Shown: piece by piece, positions 1 to 6,531 of the stretch
How the letters are laid out: every line of letters starts with the position of its first letter
How positions within the stretch are numbered: position 1 is the stretch's first letter
From: Okeania sp.
Lineage (GTDB): Bacteria > Cyanobacteriota > Cyanobacteriia > Cyanobacteriales > Microcoleaceae
Reading direction: 5' to 3'
Assembly (NCBI RefSeq): GCF_035285525.1
Contig: NZ_JAYKGW010000003.1
Coordinates: 1 to 10,631 of the forward strand
DNA length: 10,631 bases
The notes under the pieces: generated by a model
What the model was told of the DNA's origin: nothing
Seen by the model: the letters and a program-made list of their open reading frames with translations, nothing else
Databases searched by the model: none
Made by a program: the position numbers and the translations under genes

Positions 1-141
1 CGTTATAGTTATTTGCCTTGAAAATTTTGACTATTGACTACTAAGCTGAAAATTTTGAGGAAACTATAACGTTATAGTTATTTGCCTTGAAAATTTTGAC
101 TATTGACTACTAAGCTGAAAATTTTGACGTTATAGATATTT
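1..141. repeat. Tandem direct repeat with a 69-bp period. The 58-bp unit at 1-58 recurs identically at 70-127, an 11-bp linker sits at 59-69, and a truncated third copy lies at 128-141. The array may continue beyond the left edge.
   Basis: Direct comparison shows 1-58 and 70-127 are identical, and 128-141 matches the unit start with 1 mismatch. Each unit contains TGAAAATTTTGA twice (19-30, 47-58) and a tandem TTGACTA heptamer (27-33, 34-40). CGTTATAGTT (1-10) is the reverse complement of AACTATAACG (62-71). Confidence 0.9.
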
Positions 142-153
142 AACTCGTAATAT
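124..153 (+). promoter_or_regulatory. Candidate sigma70-type promoter for the folK operon: TTGACG (124-129), 18-nt spacer, TAATAT (148-153).
   Basis: The hexamers are close to consensus with acceptable spacing, about 120 nt upstream of the folK ATG. The -35 element is created at the junction of repeat copies 2 and 3. This rests on sequence pattern only, in an AT-rich background where such matches are common. Confidence 0.3.
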
Positions 154-274
154 CATGTTCGTTAGTATCATTTGTGTAAAAGTTGGAGAAATATCTACCA
201 TATTTAAAATTTTTTTTCCTTCTCTAACAACTTGTTACTTAAGAATATAAAAACTCAAACGTATCCTTCAAACA

Positions 275-793
275 ATGTCTAATTCTACTAACTTAAACTA
301 CTCAAAAAAAGAGCAAGGCAATGCAGCTATTGGTATGGGTAGCAACTTGGGAGAATCTCTTGATACTCTTAAAAATGCCATTCAAACTTTAGATGAAATT
401 CCTGGCATTAACTTAATTACTTATTCTAATTGGTATAGAACTAAACCTGTAGGTGGTCCAAAACAATCAGACTTTATCAATGGTTGTGCATTATTAAAAG
501 TAGAATTAACTCCCCATAAATTGTTAGAAATTTTATTAGATGTTGAACAAAAATTTAAGCGAGTACGTTTAGAACATTGGGGACCTAGAACCTTAGATTT
601 AGATTTAATATTATACGATGATTTAATATTGGATACCCCTAATCTACAAATACCCCATCCTCGAATGAAAGAAAGAGCTTTTGTACTTGTCCCTTTAGCA
701 GAAATAGCTCCTAATTGGATAGAACCAGTTTCAGGAAAAACTATCGCTAAACTTCAAGAAGAAGTAGAATGTTCTGGAGTATTTCCACTTTAA
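275..793 (+). CDS. folK: 2-amino-4-hydroxy-6-hydroxymethyldihydropteridine diphosphokinase (HPPK)
   Basis: The 172-aa ORF carries the HPPK hallmarks: GSNLG near the N-terminus, YRTKPVGGPKQSDFINGC, WGPRTLDLDLILY and IPHPRMKERAFVLVPLAEI. Confidence 0.93.
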   Translation: MSNSTNLNYSKKEQGNAAIGMGSNLGESLDTLKNAIQTLDEIPGINLITYSNWYRTKPVGGPKQSDFINGCALLKVELTPHKLLEILLDVEQKFKRVRLEHWGPRTLDLDLILYDDLILDTPNLQIPHPRMKERAFVLVPLAEIAPNWIEPVSGKTIAKLQEEVECSGVFPL

Positions 794-823
794 AAAAAGG
801 CAAGTTAAATTAGCAATTTACTT

Positions 824-1543
824 ATGATTAAAAAAGCACTTATTACAGGTTCAGCAGTAGGAATAGGTAGAGCGATCGCTCTCGACTTAGCGAGTAAAGG
901 ATTTGATGTAGCATTTCATTATAGGCGCAGTGGAGAAGCAGCTAATCAAGCAGCTCAAGAGGCAGCTACCTATGGAGTTAAATCTATTGCTTTACAGGCA
1001 GATGTTACTAAACCAGAGGAAGCTAAATCTTTAGTAGAAAATGCTGCTGAAAAACTGGGAGGATTATCTGTTGTAGTTAATAATGTGGGAAACTTTCTCG
1101 AAAAAACAACTAGCCAAATATCCATAGAAGAGTGGCATGAAATGCTTGATTCAAACTTAAATTCTACCTTTTATGTTACTCAAACAAGTATTCCTTACCT
1201 TAAAGCAGCAGGTTGGGGACGTATTGTCAACTTTAGTTTCGCCAGTGCCCAACATCTTAAAGCAGATGACCAACAGACAGCCTATAGAATTGCCAAGACT
1301 GGTATTATAATCTATAGTAAGTCCCTAGCTCAAGAATTAATTAAGGACAAAATTACTGTAAATGTAGTTGCCCCAGGAGCAGCAGAAAATACTATTGGTT
1401 TAGAAGAAACGATTCCTATGCTCCCAACTAAACGGGCTGCAACTTTGCAAGAAGTAAGTCATGTAGTTGGCTTCTTTGTTAGTCCCGAATCAGGTTACAT
1501 TACTGGACAAGTTTTGGAAGTGGCAGGGGGTTGGAGATTATAA
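824..1543 (+). CDS. Short-chain dehydrogenase/reductase (classical SDR, FabG-like). It is a candidate pteridine or side-chain reductase by context only.
   Basis: The protein is 239 aa. It has TGSAVGIGRAIA (TGxxxGxG cofactor loop), HYRRS after beta2 (basic residues typical of NADPH-preferring SDRs), NNVG, and AYRIAK (catalytic YxxxK). It starts 30 nt after the folK stop. Confidence 0.9.
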   Translation: MIKKALITGSAVGIGRAIALDLASKGFDVAFHYRRSGEAANQAAQEAATYGVKSIALQADVTKPEEAKSLVENAAEKLGGLSVVVNNVGNFLEKTTSQISIEEWHEMLDSNLNSTFYVTQTSIPYLKAAGWGRIVNFSFASAQHLKADDQQTAYRIAKTGIIIYSKSLAQELIKDKITVNVVAPGAAENTIGLEETIPMLPTKRAATLQEVSHVVGFFVSPESGYITGQVLEVAGGWRL

Positions 1544-1615
1544 TTGTTTCTGAATTTCCGAGATTATGGTTAAATAAATATGATGGGAATAAGAAAAGAT
1601 TAAAGGAGTGGAAAA

Positions 1616-2524
1616 ATGCTGACTCTAGCAGATATTTGTGAGGTATATAACAAACATCAAAATGATTACAATAACACCCAAGTAGAAGAGTTTACTATTG
1701 GAAATAAAAAGTTTAACTTTAATTCTCAAACTTCTATTTTAGGAATCATTAATCTTTCTACAGAATCTTGGTATAAACCCACTATTTGTTATACTCCAGA
1801 ACAAGCAATTTGCCGTGGTAAAGTATTAACACTTCAAGGTGCCGATGTCATAGATATTGGTACTGAGTCTACTGGCAAAACTACAGCTAGGGTAGATCGG
1901 TTAGAACAAATAAGTCAACTTTTACCTATTCTGAAAACTTTCAGTCAAGAAGGTATATTAACTTCAGTGGAAACTTATTATCCAGAAGTTGCCAGGGAAT
2001 GTTTAAAAGCAGGCGCAAATGTTATCAACTTTTTGGGAACTGAAAATAGCGAAGAAATGTATCAAGCTGTAGCTGATTTTGATGCAGCAATTATTATTTG
2101 TTATGTAGAAGGAAAACACGCTAGAGATGTAGGAGAATTTGATTTTGATTCAGGTAGAGATATGATCGATGTGCTATACGATTATTTTGCCAAAGAGATA
2201 GAAATAGCAACTAAAATAGGAGTGAGAAAAATTTTTATTGACCCAGCAGTGGGTGTAGGATACGCAAATTTTTACTACCAATACAAAAATATATCAAATA
2301 GAATGAGATATCAAATTGATACTCTTTTAAATGGTTTTAGACTAAGAAAATTAGGGTTTCCTGTTTTTAATCAAATACCTACAGCTTTAGAAATTTTTGG
2401 AGAAGAGTTCAGAAGTTCTCAAGTTTTTACGGCAGTTTTTGCAGCACTAGGAAAAAATGATATGGTTAGAACCCATGAAGTTGCTAAAGTAAAATCTCTT
2501 TTTGAAACTATGAGTTGGTTGTAA
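1616..2524 (+). CDS. Dihydropteroate synthase-like pterin-binding protein (divergent FolP homologue)
   Basis: The protein is 302 aa with an AAGGAG Shine-Dalgarno at 1603-1608, 7 nt before the ATG. DHPS-like blocks are LGIINLSTESW (compare GILNVTPDSF), GADVIDIGTEST (compare IDVGGESTRPG), SVETYYPEV (compare SVDTSKPEV), FIDPAVGVGY (compare LDPGFGFGK) and VRTHEV (compare IRVHDV). Confidence 0.85.
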   Translation: MLTLADICEVYNKHQNDYNNTQVEEFTIGNKKFNFNSQTSILGIINLSTESWYKPTICYTPEQAICRGKVLTLQGADVIDIGTESTGKTTARVDRLEQISQLLPILKTFSQEGILTSVETYYPEVARECLKAGANVINFLGTENSEEMYQAVADFDAAIIICYVEGKHARDVGEFDFDSGRDMIDVLYDYFAKEIEIATKIGVRKIFIDPAVGVGYANFYYQYKNISNRMRYQIDTLLNGFRLRKLGFPVFNQIPTALEIFGEEFRSSQVFTAVFAALGKNDMVRTHEVAKVKSLFETMSWL

Positions 2525-2544
2525 TAGATATTTCCAAAAAAAGA

Positions 2545-2633
2545 GGGAACAGGAAATAGGGGAAAGTTGAAAAAATTTACTCTCTGTTTCCTGTTAAATA
2601 TTCTCTCTCTCAACTAGAAAATTTATTTTCCAC
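2545..2633. repeat. Copy of a dispersed repeat with an internal 9-bp inverted repeat. Part of it (2588-2633) recurs in inverted orientation at 7125-7170.
   Basis: AACAGGAAA (2548-2556) pairs with TTTCCTGTT (2587-2595) across a 30-nt loop. The reverse complement of 2588-2633 aligns with 7125-7170, with a core of 21 positions carrying 1 mismatch plus an AACAGGAA block at identical spacing. Confidence 0.6.
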
Positions 2634-2657
2634 AACCACTTAGTCTAAATATTCAAG

Positions 2658-3380
2658 ATGATGGTAAAAAAAGCACTTGTGACAGGTTCAGCAGTGGGAA
2701 TAGGTAGAGCGATCGCCCTCGACTTAGCAAGTAAAGGATTTGATATAGCCTTTCACTATAACAAAAGTGCAGAAGCAGCCAACCAAGCTAGTCAAAAAGC
2801 AGCTACTCAAGGTGTGAAAGCGATCGCTCTGCAAGCTGATATTACTAAACCAGAGCCAGCTAGATATTTAGTAGACAGTGCAGCGGAAAAACTGGGAGGT
2901 TTATCAGTAGTAGTTAATAATGTAGGCAACTATCTAGGAAAACCTCTCATTCAGGTATCTATAGAAGAGTGGCATGACGTTATTAATTCTAACCTTAACT
3001 CCAATTTCTATGTCACTAAAGCAGCACTTCCCTATCTGAAAGCAGCTAATGGAGCAAGGATAGTAAACTTTGCTTGTGCTAATGCCCAAAATGTGGTAGC
3101 ACGGAAAAATAATGCAGCTTACATAATTGCCAAAACTGGTATTATTATCTATACTAAGTCCTTAGCAGTTGAGCTAATTAAAGATAAAATTACTGTTAAT
3201 GTAGTATCGCCAGGAATAGCAGAAAATTCTTTGGATTTAGAAAAAATGATTCCTAAAATCCCAGCCCAACGACCTGCAAGTTTCGGAGAAATTAATAATG
3301 CAGTTTGGTTTTTTATTAACCCAAATTCTAATTATATTACAGGACAAGTATTAGAAGTATCGGGTGGTTGGCTTTTATAG
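2658..3380 (+). CDS. Short-chain dehydrogenase/reductase, a close paralogue of the 824-1543 product
   Basis: The protein is 240 aa and has the same motif set: TGSAVGIGRAIALDLASKGFD, HYNKS, NNVG, AYIIAK and ITGQVLEVSGGW. It aligns to the first SDR end to end without gaps apart from one extra N-terminal residue, and roughly two thirds or more of residues are identical by eye. Confidence 0.9.
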   Translation: MMVKKALVTGSAVGIGRAIALDLASKGFDIAFHYNKSAEAANQASQKAATQGVKAIALQADITKPEPARYLVDSAAEKLGGLSVVVNNVGNYLGKPLIQVSIEEWHDVINSNLNSNFYVTKAALPYLKAANGARIVNFACANAQNVVARKNNAAYIIAKTGIIIYTKSLAVELIKDKITVNVVSPGIAENSLDLEKMIPKIPAQRPASFGEINNAVWFFINPNSNYITGQVLEVSGGWLL

Positions 3381-3859
3381 TTAAGGTTTGCACAAAAAAA
3401 GCAGAGTTTGCGAAGTGTCTGCAAGCTGGGAAGACAGAAACAGGAGAAGGAATAATTGTTCTTTAATTTCTCTACCATTTTTTCCCGAAAATCCCAATTT
3501 TTGGGTAGTTATTATATTTGTAAAAGGTAAACTTTTTCAGTATAAAAAAAGATTATAACCATTAGATATCTCCAGAAAAGAGTGAGTAGGGAGAAATAAT
3601 TAATTATTATACCGTATTATATTTCTCCAATTCCTGACTTCATATCCTAAAAACCCTTACCTTTACCAATAGAAATCTCCAAAAATAAAAAATCAAACCA
3701 ATTATCGTACAGAAATTATCAATTCTTTCTTCCTATAGCCCATTGCCTATTGCCTCTTTTCTAGAAATGTCTAATATACCAAATGGGTTCTATATATTTG
3801 ACCTAGGTAAGATATTTTATGGTAGTTTAGTAAAAGTAAAACAAAAAAGCTGATTTCCT

Positions 3860-5020
3860 ATGAATGTAACTTCCGATGATATTAAAGCTGTATACGAGGA
3901 AAGCAATGCAACTCAACATTATTTGTCTCCAAATCGTAAAGACAATGTAAAAGTTTACTGGGAAGAAGCTTTTTCTCGTTTCGTTTTCAAACAAGCAATT
4001 CTTTCTATTGATACTCCTGCTCGCGAAAAGTTGCGTGTACTTGATGTCGGAGCTGGAATAGGAGACGGATACACTTTATTAAGCGACCTGTTGGCACAAG
4101 AACCTAGTTTGGATAAGTGCAACCTAGATTATCTAGGTATTGATATTAGTCCAGAAATGGTGGAAACTGCCAACAACTTATACAAAAATAACACGAACGT
4201 TCGCTTTGAGCAAGCCGACATTCGTAAACAAATTCCTGAAAGTCCTTTTGATTTATATCTTTCCTGTGGAGTTCCTTATTCTCATCTTACCCATGAAGAG
4301 TTAGAAACAGTCTTAAAGATACTATTTGAACGTATTCTTAAAAATCAATCTCCCTGTGCAGTTGTGATAGACGTTTTAGGAAGATACAGTATTGAATGGC
4401 AACCGCACTGGAGTGAGAGTCGGTGGAACTATAATATGAGTTTTTTCAAGAGTGAGGGCGAAGCTAAACCTACATTAATGAGTTTCTATTCTCACGAACA
4501 TCTAGAAAAAATAATTCGGAATGCTGCAAGTGAAGTTAATTGTCCAATTAAAAATCTAGCTTTCTTCGATCGCTCAATCGTAGTTGGTCGCCATACTTCA
4601 ACAGGAGCTTTTAATCGAGAACTTCCTAAATATCGCAATCTAGTTAATTCTTTACTCGATCCAAATCAAGAAACAGATTTGAATCAACTGATTCTGCGAG
4701 TAGAATCAGGAGATGCTCCAGAATATATTATTAAGTTCTTCCATCAGTTTTCTGGTTGGTGGAATACTATAATCGCTGAAGCAGCAGAATTGCTCAATGA
4801 ATCCTTAGAAGTAAATCGGGTGCAACTACCTGCCAATATCGAAAGCTTAGATGTACTGATTAAGCAAAATTTAGCTAATTCTGTTTTAACTAATGATAGA
4901 CAAAGAATAGAGTTAGCTGTTGCCAAAAGATTACAGCAACTTGAACAAACTTGTGAACCAGGGTACGGCGTTGGTCACGATCTATTCGGAGTTGTTTGGT
5001 TAGATACAAGAAATTCCTAA
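3860..5020 (+). CDS. Class I SAM-dependent methyltransferase with a long uncharacterised C-terminal extension
   Basis: The protein is 386 aa. It has LRVLDVGAGIGDG (motif I, GxGxG), YLGIDIS (acidic end of beta2), VRFEQADIR and FDLYLSCGV (motif IV-like). I recognise no motif in the roughly 200 residues after the Rossmann core. Confidence 0.85.
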   Translation: MNVTSDDIKAVYEESNATQHYLSPNRKDNVKVYWEEAFSRFVFKQAILSIDTPAREKLRVLDVGAGIGDGYTLLSDLLAQEPSLDKCNLDYLGIDISPEMVETANNLYKNNTNVRFEQADIRKQIPESPFDLYLSCGVPYSHLTHEELETVLKILFERILKNQSPCAVVIDVLGRYSIEWQPHWSESRWNYNMSFFKSEGEAKPTLMSFYSHEHLEKIIRNAASEVNCPIKNLAFFDRSIVVGRHTSTGAFNRELPKYRNLVNSLLDPNQETDLNQLILRVESGDAPEYIIKFFHQFSGWWNTIIAEAAELLNESLEVNRVQLPANIESLDVLIKQNLANSVLTNDRQRIELAVAKRLQQLEQTCEPGYGVGHDLFGVVWLDTRNS

Positions 5021-5064
5021 ACTCTGGATATGTATTTTTTCATTTTTGTAGTAACTTAAAAAAT

Positions 5065-5757
5065 ATGACATTTTTAATTACAAATGACGACGGTATCGAT
5101 GCTACAGGTATCCGAACCCTACACGCTGCCTTGTCTGAAGTCACAACCAAACCTAGTGTTATAGTTGGTCCCAAGCACCATCTATCAGGGTGTAGTCATC
5201 ATATTAATATCCGTACAGGAATCGCCGTAGAGCATCGCTCAGATTCGGAGATTTCTGTAGAAAGTACCCCAGCAGACTGCGTGCGTTTAGGTGTTAATTA
5301 TTTATATAAGGATATTGATTTTGTGCTATCGGGTATTAATCAAGGTTGTAATTTAGGTTCGGATATTTATCCGTCGGGAACGATAGCGGCAGCACGAGAG
5401 GCAACTATACATAGGATTCCAGCGATCGCCTTTTCCCATTTCCGAAGAGCTGAATGGGAAATAGACTGGGAAAGAGCAAAGAGATGGACTATTCAAGTTC
5501 TGAATATGTTGTTAGAAAAACCGATAGAACCAGGAACTTTTTGGTCGATTAATTTTCCACATCTGACATCGGATATGAACGAGCCAAACATTGTTTTTGC
5601 TCCCTGTTGCACTCGCCCACTGCTAACTGAGTTTGTTTTGGAGGGATCGTCCTATCGGTACATAGGTGACGACATTAACCGCAAGTCTGACCCCGGTACG
5701 GATGTTGATGTCTGCTTATCAGGTAATATTGCCATCTCTAAAATTCAGTTGTGGTGA
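5065..5757 (+). CDS. surE: SurE-family 5'/3'-nucleotidase/phosphatase
   Basis: FLITNDDGIDATGIRTL is the N-terminal metal-binding NDDG motif, and SGINQGCNLGSDIYPSGTIAAAREA is the SurE signature block. I chose the internal ATG at 5065 (MTFLITNDDG) because SurE proteins begin just before the NDDG strand, and because the 4996 start overlaps the methyltransferase. Confidence 0.85.
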   Translation: MTFLITNDDGIDATGIRTLHAALSEVTTKPSVIVGPKHHLSGCSHHINIRTGIAVEHRSDSEISVESTPADCVRLGVNYLYKDIDFVLSGINQGCNLGSDIYPSGTIAAAREATIHRIPAIAFSHFRRAEWEIDWERAKRWTIQVLNMLLEKPIEPGTFWSINFPHLTSDMNEPNIVFAPCCTRPLLTEFVLEGSSYRYIGDDINRKSDPGTDVDVCLSGNIAISKIQLW

Positions 5758-5827
5758 TGCTAGTTTGATGTTTGGTGTCAAAAATGGAAGCATCTAAACT
5801 ACATCAACGCTCTTTATATCATAACTT

Positions 5828-6068
5828 ATATCATGTCCGGATAATTAGTGATACAGGATTTACGCAAGTGAACCCAGAAACCCGGTTTCTCGTAGACATC
5901 TATTGCTCAAAACAAGGATTTATCGTAGAAACCGGGTTCCTCCCGTGTAAGTCCTATGATAAAAAGACTTTCTCCTGTTCTCTCCTGACTTCTGTAGAAC
6001 GGCCGTTCGCCCCTACAACTAACTCGTGACTTCTCCCTTATTTATATATGTTCATCCGGACATGATAT
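5828..6068. mobile_element. MITE-like non-coding module of 241 bp bounded by a 15-bp perfect terminal inverted repeat
   Basis: ATATCATGTCCGGAT (5828-5842) is the exact reverse complement of ATCCGGACATGATAT (6054-6068). The interior holds two copies of the GAAACCCGGTTTCTCGTAG-type palindromic repeat (5877-5896 and 5924-5940, inverted relative to each other). I could not identify a transposase or a clear target-site duplication. Confidence 0.4.
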
Positions 6069-6144
6069 TACGCAAAGTCTTAGATAATCAGGATTTAAGC
6101 AAAGGTACTATATATAGTTTGTCGGTGCGTTACGCTACCCCTTT

Positions 6145-6274
6145 ATATCAAATCCGCTGGCTTTGGAGAATAAAATTATAGCATCAGAAAAGAGCGAAAA
6201 GCCTAGTCTGTAGAGGGTTTGGAGACCAAACCCCTACTACGAGCGAATTATACCGATACTACCGGATTTGATAT
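6145..6274. repeat. Second inverted-repeat-bounded module (130 bp), with termini related to those of the 5828-6068 module
   Basis: ATATCAAATCCG (6145-6156) is the exact reverse complement of CGGATTTGATAT (6263-6274). These termini share ATATCAnnTCCG with the neighbouring module. An internal hairpin sits at GTAGAGGGTTTGG...CCAAACCCCTAC (about 6210-6237). Confidence 0.4.
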
Positions 6275-6531
6275 TACATGTCGTCTAGGGAAGCACACCG
6301 CTTACCAAGAATAAATCAACTTCAGTCTTCTTTCTTAGTTTCTTCTTTCTTCGTTACTTTGAAATTTTACTTACAGCACTTTTCACTCTTGATGAACCAA
6401 ATCGATCGGCATAACCAAACCCTTGTAGGGACGTTGCATAACAAAAATGCGTTTCATGTCGCGCAGCGATACGTTCCTACTGTGGTTCACTAAAATGAAA
6501 ACCGCTGTAACTAATTATTGAGGATATAGTA

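Noticed and set aside
2419-2613. A 64-aa minus-strand ORF
   Set aside because: It lies antisense to the 3-prime end of the well-supported DHPS-like gene and runs into the repeat element. The peptide is of low complexity (FFNFPLFPVPSFF) with no recognisable motif.
2525-2657. A rho-independent terminator after the DHPS-like gene
   Set aside because: The only stem (2548-2556 / 2587-2595) has a 30-nt loop, is AT-rich and has no following T-tract. It is better explained as part of the dispersed repeat.
3767-3853. A 28-aa small ORF (MSNIPNGFYIFDLGKIFYGSLVKVKQKS) ending 6 nt before the methyltransferase ATG
   Set aside because: It has no SD, no recognisable leader- or precursor-peptide features, and is of a size expected by chance in AT-rich DNA. 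It would need ribosome profiling or conservation evidence.
4744-4926. A 60-aa minus-strand ORF
   Set aside because: It lies entirely antisense within the methyltransferase CDS, has no motif, and is of a length expected by chance.
4996-5064. The longer start for the SurE-like gene given in the ORF track
   Set aside because: It would overlap the methyltransferase by 25 nt and add 23 residues (MVRYKKFLNSGYVFFHFCSNLKN) ahead of the conserved N-terminal beta-strand. SurE proteins begin right at the xxLxTNDDG strand, so the ATG at 5065 is preferred.
3860-5757. A surE-pcm-like stress operon, as in enterobacteria
   Set aside because: The methyltransferase is upstream rather than downstream. It is 386 aa rather than about 210 aa, and it shows none of the isoaspartyl methyltransferase sequence character beyond the generic SAM-binding motif.
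5772-6029. An 85-aa plus-strand ORF between the SurE-like and QueD-like genes
   Set aside because: It is read straight through the MITE-like module and both palindromic repeat copies (ETRFLV and ETGFLP are translations of the repeat). It has no SD and no recognisable family.
6278-6493. A 71-aa plus-strand ORF
   Set aside because: The peptide is low-complexity and Ser/Phe-rich. The ORF starts inside the right terminus of a repeat module, overlaps the predicted leader structure, and has no SD.
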